Source of the DNA: an uncultured Acidobacteriota bacterium
GTDB taxonomy: Bacteria > Acidobacteriota > Thermoanaerobaculia > Multivoradales > SZUA-115
Length of the DNA: 64,000 bases
Direction: 5' to 3'
Assembly: GCA_963805975.1 (NCBI GenBank)
Contig: CAWDVR010000004.1
Span: forward strand, 512,001-576,000
A program made the translations under genes and the position numbers. Shown piece after piece: positions 51,259-60,184 of the stretch; the stretch's first letter is position 1; every line of letters begins with the position of its first letter. The notes under the pieces are model-generated. The model had not been told where the DNA came from and made no database searches. It worked only from the letters and a program-made list of their open reading frames with translations.

Positions 51259-51319
51259 GTGTTTCGGAGTGCCGTGTTTCGAAGTGCTGTGAAACGAAAG
51301 TGCTGTGTACCGAAGTGAG
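51259..51319. repeat. Four tandem 15-16-bp imperfect direct repeats
   Basis: GTGTTTCGGAGTGCC / GTGTTTCGAAGTGCT / GTGAAACGAAAGTGCT / GTGTACCGAAGTGAG in the gap upstream of the ABC genes. Confidence 0.75.
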
Positions 51320-51363
51320 GCCCCGGAGCTTACACGAGCTTGGCTCCGGGGCCTCGTGCGGTC

Positions 51364-54051
51364 TCAATGCTCTACGAGCTCGGCCGCCACCGGGTTTCGC
51401 GGGCCACCCAGGAGCGCCCCCAGGCCGAGGAAGCTTCCCAGGCGCGAGCCCAGGAGGCCGCCCTGGGCCGTCGACACCAGCCGGATGCGGTTCGCCTCGC
51501 CGTAGGCGCAGGTGAGGAACGGCGCCCCGAGGTCGAGGTCGGACATCGCCTGCCGCTGCTCCGGGCTCATCCCCGGCTCGACCATCGACAGCACCTGGTT
51601 GCCGAGCGACCCCAGGTTGCCGTAGACCACGGCCGAGAAGTCCAGGTAGCCGTCCGCCGGCAGGAGCGCCTTGAAGCTCGGGGCGTCGGGCAGTGAGTAC
51701 TGCGAATCGCGTACCGCGAGCGCCCGGTCGAGGAGCGCCCGGCTGGGGGCGGCGATGAAGTAGCCGCCGTCGAAGGTGTAGCTCACCTCCACCAGGGCGA
51801 TCGGCGTCGAGACGCGGTAGTAGGTGCGCCCGCCGACGGTCTCCTCGCCGAGGGTCACCCCCGGCTTGCCGGCGGCGGTCGCCGCCCGGTTGGCCTCGGC
51901 CACGGCCCAGACGATCGCCTGCTGCATGCGGGCGGCGTCGTAGACCTCGGCCACCACCTTCCAGGCTGGCGTCGGCAGGGCCGGGCCGTCGAGCGCGAAG
52001 GCGATCTCGCCGCCCAGCGGCGCCGCCAGGTCGTCCACCACGCTCACCCCGTGCTCGCGCTCGAAGCTGGCCAGGTGCTCGCGGAAGCCGGGCTCGGCGG
52101 CCTCGACGAAGCGGAAGGTCTCGCCGAGGATGGTCGCCGGGTTCTCCACCACGAAGGCGGCGGCGAAGTTGGCGTCGGCCGAGATGAAGTCCAGGGTCCC
52201 CATCGCCGCCGGCGCCGCCAGCCAGGACAGCGCGCCGCTCCTCGGGCCGTCGAAGTCGAGCACGCCGCCGGTGTGGGCCACGTCCTCGTTGACCTTGCGC
52301 TCGACGATCAGGTGCTGGACGTGGTCGAGGCCGGTGAAGGCCAGGGCGCCGCGGTCGCCGTGCGTGCTTTCCGCGGCCTCGCGGTCGAGGATGCGGCCGA
52401 GGTCGATGCCCGCCAGCCATTGCGCGCCGTGCGAGTAGGACTCTTCCAGGCGCTCGCCCAGGCCGGAGCCGGCGAAGCCGCTGGCGCCGGGAGCGGCCAG
52501 CCGTGCCGCCAGGGCCTGGAGCGAGGCGAGATCCGGGGCCGCGGCGAAGAGGTCGCCCGCCGGCCACAGCAGCAGCTCGTGATGAGCGGCCGGGGCCGCA
52601 GTCGCCGGGTCGGTGACGACGCGCAGCGTGATGCCGGCCCCGCCCTCGCCGTTCAGCCGCTCGACCTCGCTCGCCAGCACGGCCGCGAACGACGCCGGGT
52701 TGGCCACCTCGGCGAGGAGCAGCGGCGCGCGCGGCTCGCGGTCCGCCGCCAGGTCCATCGCCACCACGATCTCCTCGCCCAAGTGCTGGCCCAGGCCGGC
52801 CAGCCGCCGGATCATCTCGGCCACCTGGCGGTCGGCGCCGGAGGCGCCCACCCGCTCCTGCCACCACTCGGCCAGCACTTCGTTTCCGGCCAGGCGCTGT
52901 TCGAAGATCTGGTAGGCGTCGGCCAGCTCGGTGGTCACGTTCGGCAGTCCGAGATAGATCGCCGTCTCCGGCGGCGCCAGCGGCAGCAGGCGGCTGTCGT
53001 AGCGCAGGCCGGTCGCGGCGAGCACGCGGCTCACCTCGCGGTCCAGGGCCTTGAGCTCGGAGAGGAGAGCCAGGTAGCGCTCGCGGTTCCGGCTCCAGGA
53101 GACCTCCTGCTCGACCGAGGCCGCGGTGTTGCCCTCGCGGGTCGCCGCCTGGTCGCCGGAGTGGAGCACCCGCTCGTCGTCGCCCTGCTCGACCCGGACC
53201 TCGCCCTCGACCACTGCCACCCGCGAGCCCTTGGTGCCGTGGTTGACCGAGAAGATCGTGCCGGTGACCGAGACCAGGCAGTCGTCGGTGGCGACGAAGA
53301 GGTGCCCGTGCTGCTTGGCCGCCTCGACGATGATGCCGCCGCGCGCCACCCGGATCGTGGTCTCGCCGCCGCGCTCGGCCACCGAGAGGGCGGATCGCTC
53401 GCGCAGCTCCACCTTGGAGCCGTCGCCCAGGCGCACCACGGCGCCCGAGTCCTTGCCGGTGCGGATCTCCTGGCCCTCGGCGATCGACTCGCCCGGCGCC
53501 AGGGGCTTCGTCTCGTCGCCCACCAGGCGGAAGAGCTGGCCTTCGACGGCCGCCACCTGGGCGATCGAGGAGCTACGGCCCAGGAAGTCGCCCCACTGCA
53601 GCACCGCAGTGGTGCCCACGGCCACCAGCACGGCGGCGGCGAGCGCCAGCCAGCCGCGGGAGATCAACGGCCGCGCGGCGGTCCGGCGAAAGCCCGGCTC
53701 CGCGGCGCCGCTCCGGGCCACCTTCAGAGCGCGGCGGCAGGCGATGCACTCACGGCCGTGGTCCTCGAGCAGCAGCGCCTTGGCCGGGGCGAGCGCACCC
53801 TGGAGGTAAGCGGGGACCAGCGCCTGGTAGTCGGCGCAGGCGGCGAGCTGTGCGCCGGCCTGGGCAGCGACGGCGGCCTGGGCGGGGGCGAAGGCAGGCG
53901 CCGCGACGGACTCGCGGGCCAGCCGCTCGCGCACGCGGTGGGCCGCGGCGCGCTCCAGCTCGGGGGCCAGCTCGGCGGAGGCCACGGCGGCGATGGCCGC
54001 GTCGAGCGCGGCGTCGGTCGTCTGGGGAAGATCGCGGTCACGGTCGTTCAT
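51364..54051 (-). CDS. Anti-sigma factor: zf-HC2 (ZAS) + TM + FecR domain + large periplasmic domain
   Basis: HGRECIAC (HxxxCxxC), one TM helix and FecR-like LGDGSKVEL...VTGTIFSV...VAVVEGEV. Confidence 0.85.
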   Translation of the reverse strand: MNDRDRDLPQTTDAALDAAIAAVASAELAPELERAAAHRVRERLARESVAAPAFAPAQAAVAAQAGAQLAACADYQALVPAYLQGALAPAKALLLEDHGRECIACRRALKVARSGAAEPGFRRTAARPLISRGWLALAAAVLVAVGTTAVLQWGDFLGRSSSIAQVAAVEGQLFRLVGDETKPLAPGESIAEGQEIRTGKDSGAVVRLGDGSKVELRERSALSVAERGGETTIRVARGGIIVEAAKQHGHLFVATDDCLVSVTGTIFSVNHGTKGSRVAVVEGEVRVEQGDDERVLHSGDQAATREGNTAASVEQEVSWSRNRERYLALLSELKALDREVSRVLAATGLRYDSRLLPLAPPETAIYLGLPNVTTELADAYQIFEQRLAGNEVLAEWWQERVGASGADRQVAEMIRRLAGLGQHLGEEIVVAMDLAADREPRAPLLLAEVANPASFAAVLASEVERLNGEGGAGITLRVVTDPATAAPAAHHELLLWPAGDLFAAAPDLASLQALAARLAAPGASGFAGSGLGERLEESYSHGAQWLAGIDLGRILDREAAESTHGDRGALAFTGLDHVQHLIVERKVNEDVAHTGGVLDFDGPRSGALSWLAAPAAMGTLDFISADANFAAAFVVENPATILGETFRFVEAAEPGFREHLASFEREHGVSVVDDLAAPLGGEIAFALDGPALPTPAWKVVAEVYDAARMQQAIVWAVAEANRAATAAGKPGVTLGEETVGGRTYYRVSTPIALVEVSYTFDGGYFIAAPSRALLDRALAVRDSQYSLPDAPSFKALLPADGYLDFSAVVYGNLGSLGNQVLSMVEPGMSPEQRQAMSDLDLGAPFLTCAYGEANRIRLVSTAQGGLLGSRLGSFLGLGALLGGPRNPVAAELVEH

Positions 54052-54653
54052 AGCGTGGTACCTCCGAGGAGCGGTTCGAGCTCACGGCCCAGCCGGTGCC
54101 GGGTGCGGTGTAGGATGACGGCGACCGCGGTCTGCGAGGTGCCGAGCATCTCGGCGATCTCGCGGTTGCCGTGGCCTTCGAAGTAACGGAGCGAAAAGAT
54201 CTCGGCGGCGCGCGGGGAGAGGGCCGCCACCTTCGAGCGCAGCCAGCCGGCGAGCTCGCGGCGGCGGCGGTCTCCCTCGGGCCCGGCCTCCGGGGCCTCG
54301 GCCAGGTCCGCGGCCACCTCGTCCAGGTCCACCGCCCGGGCGCGTTTCCTGGCCCTAAGGAGGTCGAGGGCGGCGTTGACCGCTGCCCGGTAGAGATAGC
54401 TGGCGGCGCCGGAGGAGAGGTCGATCTCCTCCTCCCGCCGGATCAGCCGCGTGAACACGGTCTGCAGCACGTCCTCGGCGTCGGTCGCATTGCCCGTCAC
54501 GCGGTAGGCGATGCGCAGGATGCGGGAGTGGTGCTGCTCGAAGAGCTCGCCCACCGCGGACTCTCCGGGAGCCTCGAAAGGCCCGGGAGGCGCGTGGGTG
54601 GGTTGGTGGACGGCGGCGATCAAGGGCTCCTCCTTCTTCGGGTCTCTAGCCAT
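54048..54653 (-). CDS. ECF RNA polymerase sigma factor
   Basis: DAEDVLQTVF, YLYRAAVNAALD..R and region 4 NREIAEMLGTSQTAV; ATG 54653. Confidence 0.93.
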   Translation of the reverse strand: MARDPKKEEPLIAAVHQPTHAPPGPFEAPGESAVGELFEQHHSRILRIAYRVTGNATDAEDVLQTVFTRLIRREEEIDLSSGAASYLYRAAVNAALDLLRARKRARAVDLDEVAADLAEAPEAGPEGDRRRRELAGWLRSKVAALSPRAAEIFSLRYFEGHGNREIAEMLGTSQTAVAVILHRTRHRLGRELEPLLGGTTL

Positions 54654-54799
54654 AGAACGCCTCCAGTCGCGGATTCTTACCAGGCATACGAAGATGGGGA
54701 CTGGTTCGGTTCGAGCTCGCAATGCCCTGGGAGGCGCGCAGCGTTACACACGAGTAGGTACCTGGAACTCCCACGAAATCCCTTAAATCACTGCCACTG

Positions 54800-54827
54800 T
54801 TGACTTTGGAGTCGGACTGAGTATGTT
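54800..54827 (+). promoter_or_regulatory. Possible sigma70 promoter of the integrase
   Basis: TTGACT, 16-bp spacer, TATGTT in an AT-richer patch about 100 bp upstream of the integrase start. Confidence 0.35.
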
Positions 54828-54923
54828 CTTGTCCCATGAGCTACGCCCGAGTTGCGCGCCCACTGCATGCCCCTCGCATGCCGTGGAGCGTGCCCGAAGG
54901 CGGCCTCGAACAGGGAGGAGAGC

Positions 54924-56156
54924 ATGCGAGTCAAGTTCAGTAAAGCCACTCTTGCCAACGCGAAGCCGGGTCCGACGCGATACCTTCTTCGAGATACCCG
55001 CACCGTGGGGCTCGCACTCAAGGTTGAGCCCTCGGGCACGCGGACCTTCGTCTTCGAGTACCGAGTCCCCGGCAAGCCGTCGCAGCGCTACAACATCGGC
55101 CGCTACGGCGAGCCCTGGACTCTGGAGCAGGCCCGGGCCGAAGCCGGACGATTGCGCTCACTCGTGGACCGTGGCCTCGATCCGCTGACCGAGCGGCGGA
55201 AAGAGGCCAGCGAGGGCCGCAGTCTGGCAGAGCTTGGCGAGATGTTCCTCGCTCACGTCGAGAAGTGTGGGCGCCGGCCTGCCACGCTCTACCGCTATCG
55301 CCGGCTCCTGAGGCAGTTCATCCTTCCGCGCCTGGGTCTGCTGCGAGTGGATCAGATCGGCGTCGAGCACGTCGAGCGCCTCCATGGGGCTCTTCAGAAG
55401 ACTCCCGTCCAGGCCAACCTGGTCTTGGTGGTCCTGGGTTGCTGCTTGACGCTGGCGGAGCGTTGGGGGTGGATCCCTCGGGGCTCGAACCCGGTGCGGT
55501 GGGTGGAGCGCTATCCGAGGCGCAGGCGCGGGGAGAAGAAGGGCGTGATGCTCAAGCCCGAGCAGATGGCTCGGCTCTTGGCGGTACTGGACGAGGAGGA
55601 GCGAGCCGGGCGTGATCCGCTCGCGATCGGTGCGATGCGGCTTGCCTTCTGGACGGGGTGGCGAGCGAAGAGCGAGATTCTGCCTCTCCAATGGGCGAAC
55701 CTCGATCTCGAGGGCGGCGAGGCGAGGCTTCTCGGCACGAAACGGGCCGAGGAGGAGTACCGGATGCTCTGCGATGAAGCGGTCGCGGTGCTGCGGTCCC
55801 TGCCGCGCATCGACGGCAGCCCGTGGGTTTTCCCTGGGATCGATCCTGCGAGGCCGCGTCGAAACCTCCAGTGGTTCTGGGAGCGGGTGCGCAGGAAGGC
55901 CGGCCTGGTGGGCTTGGAGGAGCTAGGTAACTTCCGGCTCCATGACCTGCGTCACAACGTCGTCAGTTGGGACGTATCGCGCGGGGTGAGCTTGAAGGTG
56001 GCGGGCGCCAACGTCGGCCACAAGTGCCAACAGTCCACCGAGGTCTACGCCCACTTCCTGCCGGCTCATCTAAGAGACGCGGCCAACGCGCGCTCCCAGG
56101 CCATGCGGCAGGCCCTGGAGGCCGCGCAAGGCCGCAGCGAGCAGGAGGAGGTGTGA
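54924..56156 (+). CDS. Tyrosine recombinase/integrase (P4-like, arm-binding N-terminal domain)
   Basis: GLALKVEPSGTRTF.F.YR; TGWR, HDLRH, VGH and TEVY catalytic residues; RBS GGAGGAG. Confidence 0.93.
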   Translation: MRVKFSKATLANAKPGPTRYLLRDTRTVGLALKVEPSGTRTFVFEYRVPGKPSQRYNIGRYGEPWTLEQARAEAGRLRSLVDRGLDPLTERRKEASEGRSLAELGEMFLAHVEKCGRRPATLYRYRRLLRQFILPRLGLLRVDQIGVEHVERLHGALQKTPVQANLVLVVLGCCLTLAERWGWIPRGSNPVRWVERYPRRRRGEKKGVMLKPEQMARLLAVLDEEERAGRDPLAIGAMRLAFWTGWRAKSEILPLQWANLDLEGGEARLLGTKRAEEEYRMLCDEAVAVLRSLPRIDGSPWVFPGIDPARPRRNLQWFWERVRRKAGLVGLEELGNFRLHDLRHNVVSWDVSRGVSLKVAGANVGHKCQQSTEVYAHFLPAHLRDAANARSQAMRQALEAAQGRSEQEEV

Positions 56157-56318
56157 GGATGCCCAGGTCCAACCAACGCGCTCTAGCAGCCCGTGGGCCG
56201 CCTGGAAGCGATGTCTGCTTCGAAGACCGCGGCCCCCAAGCCGCACCCAGAAACCAAGCGGGCCGACCGAGTGCGTGAACACCCGGCCGACCCTAGCCGA
56301 CCATGGAGCCGTAACCCC

Positions 56319-56756
56319 ATGACCGACCGAGAGCAGTCTACCGCTGCCGCAATACCTCTACCCGATCCCCCTCCACCCCCCGAGGAGCCGCCCTCGCCGC
56401 CTTCGCCCTTGGATGCCTGGGAGGAGCTCCAGCCCATCCGAGAGACGTTCCTCCACCACGTGGGCAACGCCGAGACTCAGCAGGCTCTCCGCGCGATTGG
56501 CGATTACTTCTACCAGGCCGTTCTCGAATGGCGGAACTTCCCCGACGCGGAAACACCGATCATCCTGCTGGAGCTCGAAGCCGTGGCCAAGGACGTGCGC
56601 TATCTCCAGGGCTTTCTGCACCACACGGTGGCCGACGACGGCCGGGGCACTCTGGCCGATGCCCGGTACGAGCGCTGGCTCAAGGTGAAGGCCGAGGAGT
56701 GGGCCGACACCCTCGGCGAGGTCGCCACCGAGATCGAGAAGGCGGTGGCGGAATGA
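56319..56756 (+). CDS. Hypothetical protein (Pro-rich N-terminus, helical domain)
   Basis: Open frame with plausible codon usage downstream of the integrase; start uncertain. Confidence 0.6.
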   Translation: MTDREQSTAAAIPLPDPPPPPEEPPSPPSPLDAWEELQPIRETFLHHVGNAETQQALRAIGDYFYQAVLEWRNFPDAETPIILLELEAVAKDVRYLQGFLHHTVADDGRGTLADARYERWLKVKAEEWADTLGEVATEIEKAVAE

Positions 56757-57067
56757 AGCCCGCCTGCCGGAGGTCCGAGCGCCTCCAGCGACCCACCTAG
56801 AAACACTCTCTACGCCGCCCGGGCCTCCAGGAAACAGGAGAGCCCGGCGGCTTCCCCCAGCTCTCCGAAACACGACCTGTCGGACCACTGGAGGCCACCT
56901 GAGGACGCGCTGCCGGAGGGAGGGGACTCGCGAGGCCCGCCCCAAGCTGCGGCTGGAGTGGCCGTCCCTCGCAGACTCGGGTACGCGCCAGGCGCTCCGC
57001 ACGCCCCACGCCGGCGGCCCCCCTCACCTCGGCCCTGCCGCCGTCCTGGGGCGTGCTGTGGGTCGCT

Positions 57068-57091
57068 GTCCGGGAATGGCCATTCCCGGAC
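57068..57091. repeat. Perfect 24-bp palindrome
   Basis: GTCCGGGAATGGCCATTCCCGGAC equals its own reverse complement. Confidence 0.9.
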
Positions 57092-57474
57092 CTGTCGCTC
57101 GGCCAGCCTAGCCTTGGCCCTCGCTGTGCGAGGGCTTGGACATAACGCGTGGCGCTATGTCAACTTGGGCGGGGTGTCAGGGCCTGCGGCCGGCCCCGGC
57201 TTCGGCATCTCGCCGGACACTCTATGTCAGTGTTTGTTCGCGGATTCTGAGTCAGGATCAGCAGAGTCGCTCTAAGCTCAAAGGATCTATTTACGCCGGC
57301 TTGATCGAGTGGCCTATCGGGCCTAGATTGACGGCATACGCTTAGCATGCGGTCTGGCGGACGACAGAAGGCTAGTTAGCGGACTAGCCCGACAGGGCGA
57401 TCCTGACTCGCGGCGGGGCGAAGATGTCAGGGGGCGAGAACTATCCTCGCCCGAACTCGGTCCGTGTCGCAGTC

Positions 57475-57545
57475 ACCCAACGGGTTAGCATCAGTAGCGG
57501 AACGCGCGTTCTGCGGTTCTGTCTGCTGCAGGCCCCGAGTTGGCC
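57475..57545 (-). other. Degenerate integron attC-like site 1
   Basis: Minus strand GGCCAAC-TCGGG-GCCTGCAGCAGAC...GAACCGC/GCGCGTTC...GCTACTGATGC-TAACCC-GTTGGGT; 71 bp. Confidence 0.6.
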
Positions 57546-57579
57546 GACCTTTGCGATTCGAGACGATCGAACGATTCCC

Positions 57580-57771
57580 CTACCGGTCCTTGTTGCCCTT
57601 GCGGTACTTGTCGCCAGCCGCCTTATCTGCCCCATCCTTACTGACGCCTTTTCCAGAGTAGGTTGCGCCCCCTTTGTGGATCGTAGTCTTGTGAGCTTCG
57701 CCGATTCCCGTCCCGAGGAACGACGCGCTCATACGGCTGACCTTGTCCGGGCGACTACCCTTTTTGCTCAT
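57580..57771 (-). CDS. Small basic protein (63 aa)
   Basis: Strong RBS AAAGGAGG 5 nt before the ATG; ends just upstream of the attC-like site. Confidence 0.7.
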   Translation of the reverse strand: MSKKGSRPDKVSRMSASFLGTGIGEAHKTTIHKGGATYSGKGVSKDGADKAAGDKYRKGNKDR

Positions 57772-57858
57772 GGAATCCTCCTTTGATCACCGGCCGAGGG
57801 TATCACCCTCTCTGAGGCTGTGGCTTGCTGGCCACCGCTTTCTTAGACCGCTCACTTC

Positions 57859-58413
57859 TCATCGCAGTATGGCAATTCGGGCTACAGACGCGACCAAGCT
57901 GCCGGCGCCAACCGCGATGGGTACCCACCGCTCAAGAACGGCACGCACTGAAAGAACTCGGAAGTGCTGATCGATCTCGGCACGAAAGAGCCGTGTGAAC
58001 TCAGCGCGCTTCCCGCCCAGCCAGACCTCGAACTCTTCAGGATTCTCGTCTGGTTCCGGCGCGAGATTCGTGTACTGAGCGGCTAGCCTTGCGGCGGAAC
58101 TTGAAAAGACACGCTCGCGGTCCATGGCCCAAGCCTTTAGATCGGCCGTGCTGTAGATCCAGAATGCCGTCAGTAAGTAGATCTGCACCGCGCAGAGAAC
58201 TCCAAGCAGTCTGCCGGTATCACCGGCCGAGAGTTCGACGCCCAATGCATCGATCCTGGAGGGGATCACCCCTCCAACCGCGACCACGAGTTGCGTAACG
58301 CTGACGGTTAGCAATGCCCGCCTCTCTTTGCGCGACTCCTCTGACAGAGGATCTACGAGGGCCCTCGCCTCAGTGATTTCGGCCCGTTCTTCCTTTTCCC
58401 AGATCTTCGGCAT
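57859..58413 (-). CDS. Hypothetical membrane protein (cassette-like cargo)
   Basis: RBS GAGGA; about three hydrophobic segments; starts about 20 bp after the GTTGGCC core site. Confidence 0.75.
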   Translation of the reverse strand: MPKIWEKEERAEITEARALVDPLSEESRKERRALLTVSVTQLVVAVGGVIPSRIDALGVELSAGDTGRLLGVLCAVQIYLLTAFWIYSTADLKAWAMDRERVFSSSAARLAAQYTNLAPEPDENPEEFEVWLGGKRAEFTRLFRAEIDQHFRVLSVRAVLERWVPIAVGAGSLVASVARIAILR

Positions 58414-58428
58414 CGGTTCCTCATTGCC

Positions 58429-58490
58429 GGCCAACGGCTACCCGTCTGATCGCGTGGCGTCAGCCGCTCGCTCCAGCCGGTTGATTGGGC
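58429..58490 (-). other. Degenerate integron attC-like site 2
   Basis: Minus strand GCCCAATCAACCGGCTGGAGCGAGCGGCTGACGCCACGCGATCAGACGGGTAGCCGTTGGCC; 62 bp, overlapping the upstream ORF's stop codon. Confidence 0.65.
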
Positions 58491-59299
58491 ATCTTTAGGG
58501 CGCCCTTCTCTTCAGGCCAAGCTCGCTCAAACCAAGAATAGTGAGCTCCGTCCGGATCCTCGAAGTCTTCGCACGCCACCCAGATCTCCGCCTCGGGCCT
58601 CCTCGCTAGGCTCGCGACCAAGGCTCTCCACCAGGCTTCCCCGGCGTGTGCAACGGAGCCTTGCGGATCAAGCAGCACGACTTGGCGATCGTTGCTGTAC
58701 GCCGCAAACTTTTTCATGGCCGAGGCAAGGAGTCTCTCGAGCTCAGCTGTGAGCTCCGCGGGAATCGGCCTCGGCGCCTGCCACATCTCCAGCGGCAGCA
58801 GGAATCTCACGCTGGTCTCGTGGGCGTACTCATCAAGATCTGATTCGCGAAGGTGCCGCAGACTCCAGTTCGGCTGGCCCCTCTTCTCGATCCCCTGGCC
58901 AGCCTCCAGAACCGACCAGTGCTCTGCAACGATTCGTGCCATCTGCCCCACCGTCTCCTCAATCTCCGCTCTCCGAGTAGGCCGATCGCCGGATATTGCG
59001 AGCTCATAAGGGCCATCGAGCACGGCAGTTGGGAGAGCTGCACGAAGGGCACCAATCAGGGCATGATCTGACGAATGTCGGACTACGTACTCGGCCGGCC
59101 ACACAAGGCACTTCCGCTCGATAACCATCCGACCCCTGCATCGGTCGCAGTACAGTGCTTCAGGCTGGGGCGTATCCCGGATCCGTATGTCGAGACAAGT
59201 GACGTGCTCATACGCAGAGCCCTCGACATCGTTAAGCTGTTCGACTAAGGGCTGAACGCGCCAGAACTCGCAACCGCCACTCTCGGGTAAACAGCTCAT
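58460..59299 (-). CDS. Hypothetical protein (cassette-like cargo), possible PD-(D/E)xK fold
   Basis: Lower-GC 279-aa ORF; QPEALY...VIERK motif. Confidence 0.7.
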   Translation of the reverse strand: MSCLPESGGCEFWRVQPLVEQLNDVEGSAYEHVTCLDIRIRDTPQPEALYCDRCRGRMVIERKCLVWPAEYVVRHSSDHALIGALRAALPTAVLDGPYELAISGDRPTRRAEIEETVGQMARIVAEHWSVLEAGQGIEKRGQPNWSLRHLRESDLDEYAHETSVRFLLPLEMWQAPRPIPAELTAELERLLASAMKKFAAYSNDRQVVLLDPQGSVAHAGEAWWRALVASLARRPEAEIWVACEDFEDPDGAHYSWFERAWPEEKGALKMPNQPAGASG

Positions 59300-59853
59300 T
59301 AGTCCCCCACGCACGTCGCGCCCAAATCAGTGCTCTGCATTGGACGGTCCAGGCCTCCAGGATCCTTGAGATCCTCACTTGTTCGTCGAGGTCCTAGAGG
59401 GGTTAGGGCTATGTCCATGCGAATCGATTTCGGATGCCAGTACTTAGCAGCATTCTACGCCTACTTGAATAAGAGTCAACGAGGCCGAGAGCCCTGGCTT
59501 GGTGCCTCGCCCCAAGACCCCGCCTGAGCTCGCTATCGCTCGGCTCTTCCGGCTGCATGAAGAGCGACTGAAATACGGTTCACATTTGAACCTTGGTCTC
59601 TCTGTCTCACCTCTGGTACCTCTTTGCCCCATGCGCGGAGCCTGGATACCCAACCTCTCGGAGCTTGTCCGTTCAGCCCTCTTGGAGCGTCCCTCTCAGC
59701 GACCGCGGGGGGCCGAGGACGAATCTCGCCCCCTACAGCAAGCTCCTGCGTCCAGCCTCCTCGCCGTCGGTCGGTCGCTGCGAGTCAACTTCTTGCCGCC
59801 GCCTGGGCTCCGAAGAGGAGCCACCGGCAGCAAAGCATTGCCTTGGAGGGTAA

Positions 59854-60132
59854 GCGACGGATTTCTCCTCTGGCTCGGGCTCACCGTTCCTGACGACGAA
59901 GCAAGCCGCCGCGTACCTGCGCCTGGAGCCCAGCACGCTCGAGAGCTGGCGTTCCGTCGGAGGCGGCCCTGTGTTCCACAAGCTCGGCGGGCGCATCTAC
60001 TACACCCGCGCCGACCTCTAGGCTTGGATTGAGTCCCGGCGTTGCCGATCGACTGCCGAGCACTGGGCGAGAAGGTCAAGGGATCGTCCTACCGAGCGCT
60101 CCGGCTTCCTCGGTCGAACCTCGAAACCGTAA
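59854..60132 (+). pseudogene. Excisionase-like (HTH_17/AlpA) gene with in-frame stop and no clear start
   Basis: FLTTKQAAAYLRLEPSTLESWRSVGGGPVFHKLGGRIYYTRADL*AWIESRR; TAG at 60019-60021. Absent from the ORF track. Confidence 0.85.
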
Positions 60133-60184
60133 CGGTCGGGTGCTGCCGGCCGGTGCCGCTCCGAAGGACTCGGAGGAGTCGGCC

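Noticed and set aside
51259-51319. Possible mini CRISPR array
   Set aside because: Repeats are 15-16 bp, contiguous and spacerless, and no cas genes are present.
54687-54714. ECF autoregulatory promoter (AAC...CGTA on the minus strand)
   Set aside because: The two possible spacers are 13 or 18 bp rather than the usual 16-17; too weak to call.
54722-54923. tRNA or tmRNA fragment as the integration site
   Set aside because: No T-arm (GTTCGA..CC) or CCA-end pattern is recognisable on either strand.
54924-56156. Integrase as an integron integrase (IntI) serving the attC-like sites
   Set aside because: It has an N-terminal arm-binding domain and no evident IntI-specific insertion; it looks like a phage/island-type integrase.
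57799-57848. Third attC-like site (GTCTAAG...GTGATAC on the minus strand) between the two ORFs of the second cassette
   Set aside because: Both core triplets are mutated and arm pairing is poor; it may be an older relic but is not supportable.
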